Source: an uncultured Candidatus Rokubacteria bacterium
GTDB lineage: Bacteria > Methylomirabilota > Methylomirabilia > Rokubacteriales > CSP1-6
Direction: 5' to 3'
Assembly: GCA_963743355.1 (NCBI GenBank)
Contig: CAVUPM010000002.1
Coordinates: forward strand, 2,546,825-2,610,824
Length of the DNA: 64,000 bases
The notes under the pieces: model-generated
What the model saw: only the letters and a program-made list of their open reading frames with translations
The model's database searches: none
What the model was told of the DNA's origin: nothing
Translations under genes and position numbers: made by a program
Shown: positions 26,294-34,933 of the stretch, in pieces
Numbering within the stretch: position 1 is the stretch's first letter
Layout of the letters: each line of letters begins with the position of its first letter

Positions 26294-28396
26294 CTACTTC
26301 AGCGAGGCGGCCGCCCGCAGGCCGAGCGCCTCGCGGACCTTGGCCTCGAGGTCGGCCAGCGCCACCGGGTTCTCCTGCAGCCACTTCTTGGCGTTCTCCC
26401 GGCCCTGCCCGATGCGCTCGTTCTTGAAGCTGTACCAGGTGCCGGACTTCTCGACGAGGCTCTGCTCGACCGCCGCGTCGAGCACGGTCCCCGACTTGGA
26501 CACACCCTCGCCGTAGATGACGTCGAACTCGGCCTCGCGGAACGGCGGCGCCAGCTTGTTCTTCACGACCTTCACCTTGGTGCGCACGCCGATCGACTCC
26601 GTCCCCTGCTTGATCGCATCCTGCCGCCGGATGTCCAGCCGCACGGAGGCGTAGAACTTGAGCGCGCGCCCGCCGGTCGTGGTTTCTGGCGAGTTGTGCA
26701 CGACGACGCCGTCGGCCAGGTAGGTATGGTTGCCCTCGATCTCGAGGTCGAAGCGGTGCGTCGACCGCGTCGGTGGCTTGATGTAGCACTTCGTGATCTC
26801 GACAGGGACAACGCGCAGTCGGCGTCGGCCCGCGAGGCGCTCAGTCTCACTCAGATGAGCATCTCCATCGTCGACGTGCCAGATGAACCGGCCCCTCTGA
26901 GAGGGATGCAGCTTGTAGTCCATCGAGGGATGAAGGTATGGCGAGATCAGCTCGTGAAACCGGGCCGTGTCCTCGGAGTTGAACCAGAAACCGCGATCAT
27001 CGTCACGAACATCGGGGAACCCAAGGCGGGCCAAGGCCCCGAGGACTACGGCGCGTCCGGCAGCCTTCAATGACGTATTGTAGATGACTGCCTTGCCCTT
27101 GCCCCAGCGATTGTAAGACCCCATGAAGGAGCCGTCGTCGCCATACCAGACAGCGAGCCCTCGGGCATCGAGGCGGCCGAGACCGGGGTTCGTTGCGATG
27201 CGGCGTCCGGTCGTGTCGTAGAGCTCACCGTGCAGTTCAGCAAGGGCAGGCATCGTGAGAATGCTGAACCCGACGCCGTTGCCGACCCGGCCAATCGGCC
27301 GCGCGAAGGGTTCGAGCATCGAATGCTTCCATTCCAGGTAAGCCTTTTGCGCCGGCGCGTGGGCCACCCGGAAATGCGCGGCGTGACGCCCCACCATACG
27401 GATCGAACCGTCGCCTAGGGTCCCCCCGAGCAGAAGCTGGTACTGGTCACCGGACAACGCATAGTCCGGCATGGCGAACAGCACCTTGTCACCGACCTTC
27501 AGCTTACCCGCAGGAACTTCACCAGTGGGGGTAAAGACCATGTGGTTCGGAGTCGCGGCAAAGCAGCGTCGGCGCGCTGGTCCTCCACGAACTTCAAACT
27601 GAATAAAGTGCTCGGTCACGCCGTTGTCGAACCAGTTGACGACGCGGCGAGGCTCTACCCGTCCGCTCTCGGGATCGTACGAGAGCACCTCCACCGCTCG
27701 ACGTTCCCGGACGATCCGACCGATCGGTACGCGGGTTCCATCGGCTAGAAGCACGAGAGTGTCGTGATGCAGACACCCAAACATTACTCCGATCTTCTCG
27801 CGGATCTGGTTGATGAAGACGACGACGACGCCGGAGCGGGAGATGGCGGCGGTGAGCTTGCGCAGGGCCTGCGACATGAGGCGCGCCTGCAGGCCGGGCA
27901 GCGAGTCGCCCATGTCGCCGTCGAGCTCGGCGCGCGGCACCAGCGCGGCGACCGAGTCGATCACGATGACGTCGACCGCGTTGGAACGCACGAGCGTCTC
28001 GGTGATCTCCAGCGCCTGCTCGCCGGTGTCGGGCTGCGAGATCAGCAGCTCGTCGATGTTGACGCCGAGCTTGCGCGCGTAGATGGGATCGAGGGCGTGC
28101 TCGGCGTCGATGAAGGCCGCGATGCCGCCCAGGTTCTGGGCCTCGGCGATGACGTGCAGGGCCAGCGTCGTCTTGCCCGACGACTCCGGCCCGTAGATCT
28201 CGACGACCCGACCGCGCGGCAGGCCCCCGATGCCGAGCGCGGCGTCGAGCGAGAGGGCGCCGGTGGGGATGACGGCGATCTCCTCGAGCGGGCCGTTCGC
28301 GCCCAGCCGCATGACCGAGCCCTTGCCGAACTGTCGCTCGATCTGCGAGATCGCCAGCTCGAGGGCCTGCCGCCGATCGTTCTTGCTCTCAGCCAT
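26294..28396 (-). CDS. recA: Recombinase RecA interrupted by an in-frame intein (700-codon ORF: 207-aa N-extein, 361-aa intein, 132-aa C-extein)
   Basis: RBS AAGGAG then [26 protein letters not shown]...; Walker [10 protein letters not shown]; the extein junction ...KIGVMFG/[[10 protein letters not shown]...GVVVHN]/[23 protein letters not shown]. Confidence 0.9.
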   Translation of the reverse strand: MAESKNDRRQALELAISQIERQFGKGSVMRLGANGPLEEIAVIPTGALSLDAALGIGGLPRGRVVEIYGPESSGKTTLALHVIAEAQNLGGIAAFIDAEHALDPIYARKLGVNIDELLISQPDTGEQALEITETLVRSNAVDVIVIDSVAALVPRAELDGDMGDSLPGLQARLMSQALRKLTAAISRSGVVVVFINQIREKIGVMFGCLHHDTLVLLADGTRVPIGRIVRERRAVEVLSYDPESGRVEPRRVVNWFDNGVTEHFIQFEVRGGPARRRCFAATPNHMVFTPTGEVPAGKLKVGDKVLFAMPDYALSGDQYQLLLGGTLGDGSIRMVGRHAAHFRVAHAPAQKAYLEWKHSMLEPFARPIGRVGNGVGFSILTMPALAELHGELYDTTGRRIATNPGLGRLDARGLAVWYGDDGSFMGSYNRWGKGKAVIYNTSLKAAGRAVVLGALARLGFPDVRDDDRGFWFNSEDTARFHELISPYLHPSMDYKLHPSQRGRFIWHVDDGDAHLSETERLAGRRRLRVVPVEITKCYIKPPTRSTHRFDLEIEGNHTYLADGVVVHNSPETTTGGRALKFYASVRLDIRRQDAIKQGTESIGVRTKVKVVKNKLAPPFREAEFDVIYGEGVSKSGTVLDAAVEQSLVEKSGTWYSFKNERIGQGRENAKKWLQENPVALADLEAKVREALGLRAAASLK
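26693..27775 (-). mobile_element. RecA intein of 361 aa with Hint splicing blocks and a double-motif LAGLIDADG homing endonuclease, at the RecA-a insertion site
   Basis: Block [22 protein letters not shown] at N-end; block G ...[17 protein letters not shown] followed by +1 Ser; LAGLIDADG-like [12 protein letters not shown] and VWYGDDGSF; markedly lower GC (about 58-60%) than the flanking recA exteins. Confidence 0.8.
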
Positions 28397-28445
28397 GCGT
28401 AGGCTCCTTGTCTCGTGTAAGGGTCGAACGCGGCTCACGAGGGTG

Positions 28446-28487
28446 ATGCACGCGTGCATTCTAGGTGCGTGCGCACGACACCGTCAA
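28446..28487 (-). promoter_or_regulatory. Near-consensus sigma70 promoter for recA (TTGACG-18-TAGAAT) overlapped by a perfect 14-bp palindrome ATGCACGCGTGCAT (candidate SOS/repressor operator)
   Basis: On the recA strand: ttgacggtgtcgtgcgcacgcacctagaatgcacgcgtgcatcac; -35 at 28482-28487, -10 at 28458-28463, palindrome 28446-28459, a second palindrome GTGCGCAC in the spacer. Confidence 0.45.
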
Positions 28488-28525
28488 TGTCCCGGATCGC
28501 GGACAGCGATCTTTTTCGCCGGGGC

Positions 28526-28765
28526 TCACCCATCACGCCGGCTCGTGTAGCCCTTGCGCTCCATGCACTCGTTGATCGCCTCCTGGTCCAGGCGCCCCGC
28601 GCGCGTCACCGCGAACCACTGCGGGCGAACCGACTGCCGCCGGCAGGCTTCCAGGTCATGATCGAGACCGGCCGGCGTCAAGCCGGGCTTGGCGTAGGTC
28701 CACGGCTCGGTCGCGCATCCCGCCAGCAGGCCGAGCCCGAGCACCGCCCAGGCGCGGCCCCTCAC
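28526..28765 (-). CDS. Small Cys-containing lipoprotein (79 aa), GTG start overlapping the patatin stop (GTGA)
   Basis: MRGRAWAVLGLGLLAGC lipobox, then ATEPWTYAKPGLTP...EACRRQ...LDQEAINECMERKGYTS; paralog of the lipoprotein at 55588-55914. Confidence 0.45.
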   Translation of the reverse strand: MRGRAWAVLGLGLLAGCATEPWTYAKPGLTPAGLDHDLEACRRQSVRPQWFAVTRAGRLDQEAINECMERKGYTSRRDG

Positions 28766-29727
28766 GGGCGGTCCGCCTGCCAGCGCTCGAGGCACCGCAC
28801 CGCGTCGGCCCGGCCGCGCGCGAGCGCCGCGATCATGCCAGCCGGATCGAACTCGAGCGGCCGCAGTTGCAGCGGCCCCCCCGGCGTGAGGAGCTGAACG
28901 TCCACGGCCGGGTACTTGAAGCGCGCCAGCTCGGCGTCGCGCCGGATCTGATGAATCATCGCCGTCTCGAATGCCTCCTCCAGCGTGCGGCGCAAGCGAG
29001 TGGGTGCCTGGCCGGGCTCGTCGGCGGCGTAGCTCAACAGCACGAGCGCGCGGCCGATCGGGACCTCGGTCGCCAGCGCCTCCAGCACCGGCGCGCGGCC
29101 GGTGAGCCCGCCGTCGACGAGCAGCGTGCCGTCCACGCTCACCGGCGGGAAGGCGCCGGGCACCGCCGCCGCCGCCATCAGCGCGTCCACGCTGACCGTG
29201 GCGTTGTCGAAGATGCGGGGCGCGCGCCGGGCCAGGTCGGTGGTGACGACGAGCAAGCGGCGGGGCGAGACGCGGATGCGCTCGACGTCCAGCGCGCCGG
29301 CGATCAGCTCGCGCAGCGGGGTCGGGTCGAAGAGCGAGCCAGCCGCGTCGAGCGCGAGAAGCGTCAGCCAGCCCGGCAACAGGCCGGCGAAGATCACGCT
29401 GGGACGGAAGGCGTACACCTGCTCGCGTGACAGCGAGCGCCAGAGCGCCTGCAGCCGGTCGAGACGTCCGTCGGCGAGCATGGCCGCGTTGAGGGCGCCG
29501 GCCGAGGAGCCGGCGACCAGGTTCACCGGCAGGCCGCGCTCGATGAGGGCCGCGGCGGCGCCGGCCTCCCACGCGCCCTTGGCCCCCCCGCCGGACAGGA
29601 CGAGCGCGACGGGCGTGTCGAGGGCCGTGCGGGCCGGCTCGCAGGCGTGCGCGGGGGTCACCGAGACGAGAAGGACGGCGGCGAGCAGCGTGCGGAGCGC
29701 CCGTGGGGCTGACGGCACGCCCCACAT
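28762..29727 (-). CDS. Secreted patatin-like phospholipase
   Basis: Signal peptide MWGVPSAPRALRTLLAAVLLVSVTPAHA; oxyanion GGGAKG, nucleophile elbow GSSAG, catalytic DGG (LVDGGL). Confidence 0.8.
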   Translation of the reverse strand: MWGVPSAPRALRTLLAAVLLVSVTPAHACEPARTALDTPVALVLSGGGAKGAWEAGAAAALIERGLPVNLVAGSSAGALNAAMLADGRLDRLQALWRSLSREQVYAFRPSVIFAGLLPGWLTLLALDAAGSLFDPTPLRELIAGALDVERIRVSPRRLLVVTTDLARRAPRIFDNATVSVDALMAAAAVPGAFPPVSVDGTLLVDGGLTGRAPVLEALATEVPIGRALVLLSYAADEPGQAPTRLRRTLEEAFETAMIHQIRRDAELARFKYPAVDVQLLTPGGPLQLRPLEFDPAGMIAALARGRADAVRCLERWQADRP

Positions 29728-29728
29728 T

Positions 29729-30290
29729 CTACCCGGGCGATCCAGCCACCAGCGGCACGGCGGCGAGCTCGGTGTAGCGGGCTCCACGCGGAGACAGCTC
29801 GCTGCGCATCAGCGCCAGACGATCCACGCGCTGCCGGCCGAAGGCCGCGCCGCCGGCCAGCGCCTCGACCAAGCGCGGGTTGGAGCGCGGCGCGCGCACG
29901 CGACCGAGGGTCACGTGGGCGGAGAACGCGCGCGACTCGGCCGGAAAGCCGAGCGCGACGAGCGCGTCGTCGACCCGGCGGGCCAGCGTCGCCGCCAGTG
30001 CAGCGCCCTCGTCGGCCCCGGCCCAGAGCACGCGCGGGCGCGCCGGAGTGGGAAAGGCGCCCAGGCCGCGCACGGTGAGGTCGAAGGGGCGACAGCCCGC
30101 CACCGCGCCGGCCAGCGCGCCAGCGACGGCGTCGAGCCGAGCCGCCTCGACGCCGCCAAGAAACTTGAGCGTCAGGTGGACGTTGTCGGGGGCGACCCAG
30201 GCCACGTCCCGGGCCACGAGCCGCAGGCGCTCGACCTCCGTCGCCAGCCGCTCCCGGATGTCCTCGGTCAGCAGGATGGCGACGAAGGAC
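29729..30290 (-). CDS. thpR: RNA 2',3'-cyclic phosphodiesterase / 2'-5' RNA ligase (2H phosphoesterase, ThpR/LigT); start codon unresolved
   Basis: Two H-x-T-x motifs (HLTLKFLG and HVTLGRV); no canonical start in the short window between the upstream stop and the conserved N-terminus VRSFVAILL. Confidence 0.65.
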
Positions 30291-30300
30291 CGAACGGTCG

Positions 30301-31143
30301 CTATGGTGCGCTTTCCAGCATCCGCAGGAGATTCTCGAGCGAGACCCGCCGCGCCGGGTCCTTCTCCATGTCGAGCGCGGCTCGGAGATCCTGCAGCGCG
30401 CCGGCGCGGTCGCCATCGAGCTGACGGCTGATCGCCCGCGTGGCCAGCGCTCGCGCGTCGATCGACTCGGGCGTGGGCGGCGAGGCCGCCGGCGCCGTCG
30501 GCGGCGTGGCCGCCAGCGTCGCGGGTGGCGGGAGCGGTACGGCATCGGTCGCCATGCCGGGCGGCGGCGCCGGCGCCACCGTGGCCGCGGTCGTCGGCAC
30601 CCCGGCCGTGGCCAGCGCCGGGCTCCGCTCGAGGCCGGCGCTGCGGCGCATGGCCGCACGCGCCCATGGATCGCCCTCCACGTCGATGGCGTGCAGCCAG
30701 TCCTTCATGGCCGCCTCGGGTTGGCCGGCCAGCGCGCGCGCGCTGCCGCGGTTGAACCACGCCTTGGCGTACACCGGCGACAGCTCGACGGCCCGAGTGA
30801 AGTCCTCGATCGCCGGCCCGTACTGGCCGGCGGCGACCAGGGCGTTGCCGCGGTTGAAATAGATTGCGGGGTCGTCGTTGTCGAGTTGGATGGCCCGGTT
30901 GTAGTCCTCGATCGCCAAATTGAGCTGGCCCAGCCTCACTCGCGCGATGCCGCGATTGACGTAGGCGTCGACCGAGCGCGGATCCTGCCGGACCGCCTCG
31001 TTGAACTCGCCGGCGGCGAAGACGTAGTTGCCGTCCTGATAGTGCGCGATCCCCCGCTCGAGCGGGCGGGCCGAGGTCGCGCATCCGGCCGCGACGACGG
31101 CGAGGCCCCCGAGCGTCACAGTGGTCAACGTCTTGCGCATCAT
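30301..31143 (-). CDS. TPR-repeat lipoprotein
   Basis: MMRKTLTTVTLGGLAVVAAGC lipobox, three TPR units (AYVNRGIARVRLGQLNLAIEDYNRAIQLD...), Pro/Ala-rich linker, C-terminal helical region. Confidence 0.7.
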   Translation of the reverse strand: MMRKTLTTVTLGGLAVVAAGCATSARPLERGIAHYQDGNYVFAAGEFNEAVRQDPRSVDAYVNRGIARVRLGQLNLAIEDYNRAIQLDNDDPAIYFNRGNALVAAGQYGPAIEDFTRAVELSPVYAKAWFNRGSARALAGQPEAAMKDWLHAIDVEGDPWARAAMRRSAGLERSPALATAGVPTTAATVAPAPPPGMATDAVPLPPPATLAATPPTAPAASPPTPESIDARALATRAISRQLDGDRAGALQDLRAALDMEKDPARRVSLENLLRMLESAP

Positions 31144-32378
31144 GGTCGCGAGCCTCCCAGCGACCTGCGCAGCATATCTAGTGCCATCTGGGACGACTGC
31201 CACTTGACGGCCGCACGGCCGCCGGCGAACCGGAAGTGCCGCGCCTCCACCGCCCCCGCGACCGCCAGGCCGATGAAGACGGTGCCCACCGGCTTGCTCG
31301 GCGTCCCGCCGTCGGGCCCGGCGATGCCCGTGATCGAGAGACCGCACGCCGTACCCGACCGCTCGCAGATCCCCCGCACCATCGCCTCCGCGCACGGGCC
31401 GCTGACGGCGCCGTGCGTGCGGAGGATCTCGGACGGCACCCCGAGCAGCTCCTCCTTGGCGCGGTTGGAATAGACGACGACGCCACGCTCGAAGAACGCG
31501 GACGAGCCCGACACGCTCGTGAGTCGATGGCCCACCAGTCCGCCCGTGCACGACTCGGCCACCGCCAGCGTCATCCCGCGCGCCCCGAGCCGGCGTCCCA
31601 CCGCTTGCTCCAGTGACTCGCCGTCGCGGCCGTAGCAGTCGTCGCCCAGCACCTCGGCGATGCGCCGGTCGAGGGCGTTCAGCGCCTCGGCCGCCGCCTC
31701 GGGCGTGCCCGCTCGCGCGCGCAGCCGCACCCACACCTCACCCTCGCCGGAGGCGGTCAGCGCGACGTCGCCGCCACCGTCGCCGGGGACCAGCCACGGC
31801 GCCAGCCGCTCCTCGAGATCTGCCAGCGACACGCCGGCAGTGCGCAGCGTGCGGACGCCCAGGGCCGGGCCGCGACCGAGCCGCGCGCGGGCGAAGTCGA
31901 TCACGAGCGCGGCGAGGTCCGCGCTCAGGCCGCCGCGGGGCAAGACCACCCAGGCGACGCCGTCGCCCTCCAGCGCCCACGCCGGCTCCCCCTCCGGCAG
32001 CGCCCACACCGTGGCCCCCTGCGGCAGCAGCGCCAGCCGCTCGTCGCGGCGCGGCAGCGGGCGATCGCGGCGACGGTGGATCTCCCCCAGCGCCACCAGC
32101 ATGCGCTCGTTGAGGACGAGCCGGGCGCCGGTCACGCGCGCCAGCACACGGCGCGTGACGTCGCCCGTCGAGCCGCCGGGACCCGCCACGAGCACGGTCA
32201 GCGGCGCGGCGGGGGTGAGCGCGCGCTCGAGCGCGGCCTCGTCCTCCTCGACGACCGTGCGGCTCTCGAGCCCGACGCCGGCGCCGGCCAGCGCCGCCGC
32301 CACCACCGCCCCGTCGTCGTCGAGGGCGACGAGCGGCGAGCCGATCGCGACCAGGCGGACGCCGGGGCTCACAGCCAT
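31140..32378 (-). CDS. cinA: Competence/damage-inducible protein CinA (MoCF-biosynthesis-like N-domain plus CinA C-domain)
   Basis: Start MAVSPGVRLVAIG; C-terminal CinA domain LAVAESCTGGLVGHRLTSVSGSSAFF...GLSITGIAGPDGG; ATGA overlap with the downstream gene. Confidence 0.8.
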   Translation of the reverse strand: MAVSPGVRLVAIGSPLVALDDDGAVVAAALAGAGVGLESRTVVEEDEAALERALTPAAPLTVLVAGPGGSTGDVTRRVLARVTGARLVLNERMLVALGEIHRRRDRPLPRRDERLALLPQGATVWALPEGEPAWALEGDGVAWVVLPRGGLSADLAALVIDFARARLGRGPALGVRTLRTAGVSLADLEERLAPWLVPGDGGGDVALTASGEGEVWVRLRARAGTPEAAAEALNALDRRIAEVLGDDCYGRDGESLEQAVGRRLGARGMTLAVAESCTGGLVGHRLTSVSGSSAFFERGVVVYSNRAKEELLGVPSEILRTHGAVSGPCAEAMVRGICERSGTACGLSITGIAGPDGGTPSKPVGTVFIGLAVAGAVEARHFRFAGGRAAVKWQSSQMALDMLRRSLGGSRP

Positions 32379-32812
32379 CCGAGCGACCTCGCCAGCACCA
32401 CGAGCGCGAGCGCGTAGAGGCCGGCGATCAGATCGTCGACCATCACGCCCAGGCCGCCGCGCAGCCGCTGGGAGACGTTGGCCGGGAACGGCTTGACGAC
32501 GTCGAACGCGCGGAACAGGAGGAAGGCGACGATCAGCGCCGGCAGCGTCGGCGGAGCCGTGAGGAGTGCCAGGGTCATGCCGGCGACCTCGTCCACGACG
32601 ATGGCGCCGGGGTCCTTGCCGCCGCCGAGCGTGCGCTCGGCTTCGTGGGCGGCCCAGGTACCGAGCACGGTGACGACGATCAGCAGCCCGAGGAGTACCA
32701 GCGGCGAGAGATTCAGCAGCCACAGGACGACGGCGGTGAGGGCACTGGCGACGGTCCCCGGCGCCAGCGGCGCCCGGCCGACGCCGCCGAGCGTGGCGAC
32801 GGCGATCGCCAG
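32369..32812 (-). CDS. pgpA: Phosphatidylglycerophosphatase A; probable non-ATG start just after the rimO stop
   Basis: Conserved N-terminal LATLGGVGRAPLAPGTVASAL and C-terminal FDVVKPFP...GVMVDDLIAG; the first in-frame ATG/GTG/TTG (a GTG at 32668) lies inside the conserved region, so the start must be non-canonical (a CTG at 32812 is a candidate) or there is an upstream frameshift. Confidence 0.65.
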   Translation of the reverse strand: MAIAVATLGGVGRAPLAPGTVASALTAVVLWLLNLSPLVLLGLLIVVTVLGTWAAHEAERTLGGGKDPGAIVVDEVAGMTLALLTAPPTLPALIVAFLLFRAFDVVKPFPANVSQRLRGGLGVMVDDLIAGLYALALVVLARSLGWL

Positions 32813-32831
32813 GCGGGTGCGGAGGGCGAGG

Positions 32832-34151
32832 CTAGGCGCGCTCGCCGACGAGCTCGTAGCCGTCGACCTCGACGACGCGCACGCGGGCGAAGTGTCCGGC
32901 GCGGAAATCGCGCCGGCCGCGCAGGTACACGACGCCGTCGATCTCCGGGGCCTGGCCGGCGGTCCGGCCCTCCCAGGCGAAGGCGCCGTCCTCGCTGGTC
33001 CCGTCCACCAGCACGTCGGTCTCGGTCCCCACGAGCTTGGCCGCCCGCTCCCAGGCGATCGCGTCCTGCGCCTCCTGCACCCGCGCCGCGCGCTCGGCCG
33101 CCGTCTCGGGATCGACCTGGCCGGGGAACTCCGGCGACGGGGTGCCCTCCTCCGCGGAGTACGTGAAGACGCCCAGCCGGTCGAAGCGCACCTCGTCGAC
33201 GAACGCCAGCAGCCGCTCGAAGGCGGCGTCGGTCTCGCCGGGGAAGCCGACCAGCACGGTGGTGCGCACGGTCACCCCGGGAATCGCCGCGCGGAACTGC
33301 GCGACGATGTCGCGCATGCGCCGGACGGTGACCGCGCGGCGCATCGACTTCAAGATTGCGTCGTCGGCGTGCTGGATCGGCATGTCGAGGTACGGAACGA
33401 CCCGCGCGCTGGCCCACGCCTCCACGAGCCGGTCGTTGACGTGGGCCGGGTGCAGGTACATCGGGCGGATCCACGGCATGCGCGTGTCGCCGAGCGCCAG
33501 CAGCAGCGCGCCGATGTCGCCGTTGCCCGGCAGGTCACGGCCGTAGGCGAGCGTGTCCTGGGAGACGAGGATCGCCTCCTGCACGCCGCGCGCGGCCAGG
33601 CCCTCGACCTCCCGGACGATGTCCGCCAGCGGGCGGCTGCGGTGGCGGCCGCGGAACTGGGGGATCGCACAGAAGGTACAGCCCATGTCGCAACCCTCGG
33701 CGATCTTCACGTACGTGTAGGGCACCTTCGCGGTCAGCAGCCGCGGCGTGCTGGCGTCGTACAGGTAGCCGGGCGGGGCCGCCGTCGCCCAGTCGTGGCG
33801 ATTGGCGGCCTGGCGAACCAGGTCCACGATGGCGGGCAGGTTGGAGGTGCCGAGGATGCCGTCGATCTCCGGCATCTCCTTCATCACCTCGGCGCCGTAG
33901 CGCTGGGTGAGGCAGCCGGTGACGATCAGCGCCCGGCAGCGGCCGCGCTCCTTGAGGCGGGCCAGCTCCAGGATCGTCTGCACCGACTCCTCGCGCGCCC
34001 GGTCGATGAACGCGCAGGTGTTGACGATCAGGCACTCGGCGTCCTCGGCGCGCTCGGCCAGCACGAAGCCGGCCTCGCCGAGGAGCCCGAGCATGATTTC
34101 GGAATCCACCTGATTCTTCGGACAGCCCAGCGTCGTGAGATGGACCTTCAT
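32832..34151 (-). CDS. rimO: Ribosomal protein S12 methylthiotransferase RimO (radical-SAM MTTase with TRAM domain)
   Basis: MKVHLTTLGCPKNQVDSEIM..., radical SAM CDMGCTFCAIP, C-terminal TRAM domain; RimO-type length and architecture. Confidence 0.8.
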   Translation of the reverse strand: MKVHLTTLGCPKNQVDSEIMLGLLGEAGFVLAERAEDAECLIVNTCAFIDRAREESVQTILELARLKERGRCRALIVTGCLTQRYGAEVMKEMPEIDGILGTSNLPAIVDLVRQAANRHDWATAAPPGYLYDASTPRLLTAKVPYTYVKIAEGCDMGCTFCAIPQFRGRHRSRPLADIVREVEGLAARGVQEAILVSQDTLAYGRDLPGNGDIGALLLALGDTRMPWIRPMYLHPAHVNDRLVEAWASARVVPYLDMPIQHADDAILKSMRRAVTVRRMRDIVAQFRAAIPGVTVRTTVLVGFPGETDAAFERLLAFVDEVRFDRLGVFTYSAEEGTPSPEFPGQVDPETAAERAARVQEAQDAIAWERAAKLVGTETDVLVDGTSEDGAFAWEGRTAGQAPEIDGVVYLRGRRDFRAGHFARVRVVEVDGYELVGERA

Positions 34152-34181
34152 GGACGAGGAGAAAGTATACCCTGCCGGTGA

Positions 34182-34877
34182 CTAGCGGTCGCGCTTGCGG
34201 AAGCGACGGGCCTCCAGGCGGAGCAGCCGCCGGTCGACCCTCGTGAACTGAGCGCGAACCTCGCTCTGGAAGCGGTCGAGCCGCTCGTTGGTCCCTCGCA
34301 CGCCTTCGGCGACCAGCTCGATCTTCATGATGAGGCCCTCGGCGACGACCCCGGCGTGCCGACGCGTCTCCGCGCCCTGCTCGTCGACGTAGTGGCGGGT
34401 CTCCACGCCCTGCTCGTCGACGTAGCGGCGCGTCTCCACGCCCTGCTCATCGATGTAGCGGCGCGTCTCCACGCCCTGCTCATCGATGTAGCGGCGCGTC
34501 TCCACGCCCTGCTCATCGATGTAGTGACGCGTCTCCACGCCCTGCTCATCGATGTAGCGGCGCGTCTCCACGCCCTGCTCATCGATGTAGTGACGCGTCT
34601 CCACGCCCTGCTCATCGATGTAGCGGCGCGTCTCCACGCCCTGCTCATCGATGTAGTGACGCGTCTCCACGCCCTGCTCATCGATGTAGCGGCGCGTCTC
34701 CACGCCCTGCTCATCGATGTAGCGGCGGGTCTCGGCGTGACTCGCGTCGACGTCGCGACGGGTCTCGGCCGCACTCTCGTCGACACGGTGCAGGATCCGC
34801 TGTTCGAGAGCGGCCAGAGTAGCGAGCAGCTCCTGACGGAAGGGATCGGGAGACGGCTCAGGTGCGGGCGTGTCCAC
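34182..34877 (-). CDS. Hypothetical protein built around about 12 tandem copies of an 11-residue repeat ETRR(Y/H)(I/V)DEQGV, flanked by short coiled-coil-like N- and C-terminal regions
   Basis: MDTPAPEPSPDPFRQELLATLAALEQRIL...[ETRRYIDEQGV]x12...LIMKIELVAEGVRGTNERLDRFQSEVRAQFTRVDRRLLRLEARRFRKRDR; GC3-rich codons on this strand, whereas the opposite-strand ORF runs antisense into yajQ. Confidence 0.55.
   Translation of the reverse strand: MDTPAPEPSPDPFRQELLATLAALEQRILHRVDESAAETRRDVDASHAETRRYIDEQGVETRRYIDEQGVETRHYIDEQGVETRRYIDEQGVETRHYIDEQGVETRRYIDEQGVETRHYIDEQGVETRRYIDEQGVETRRYIDEQGVETRRYVDEQGVETRHYVDEQGAETRRHAGVVAEGLIMKIELVAEGVRGTNERLDRFQSEVRAQFTRVDRRLLRLEARRFRKRDR
34356..34784. repeat. Tandem array of about 13 units of a 33-bp repeat (GTAGCGGCGCGTCTCCACGCCCTGCTCATCGAT), near-identical, with alternating CGGCGC/GTGACG variants
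   Basis: Eight central units are identical apart from the 66-bp alternation (CGGCGC vs GTGACG variants); outer units progressively diverge. Confidence 0.9.
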
Positions 34878-34933
34878 GACCCGCAGTGTGGTCCGGCGGC
34901 GCCGGCAGTGTCAATGTCTCCGCCCGGAGACGG

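Noticed and set aside
29658-30659. 333-aa minus-strand ORF overlapping thpR and the TPR lipoprotein
   Set aside because: Alternate frame of two supported genes with Arg/Pro-rich junk translation.
34356-34784. Possible CRISPR array
   Set aside because: The 33-bp units are contiguous with no unique spacers between them, and they lie inside a protein-coding frame. This is a tandem coding repeat, not CRISPR.
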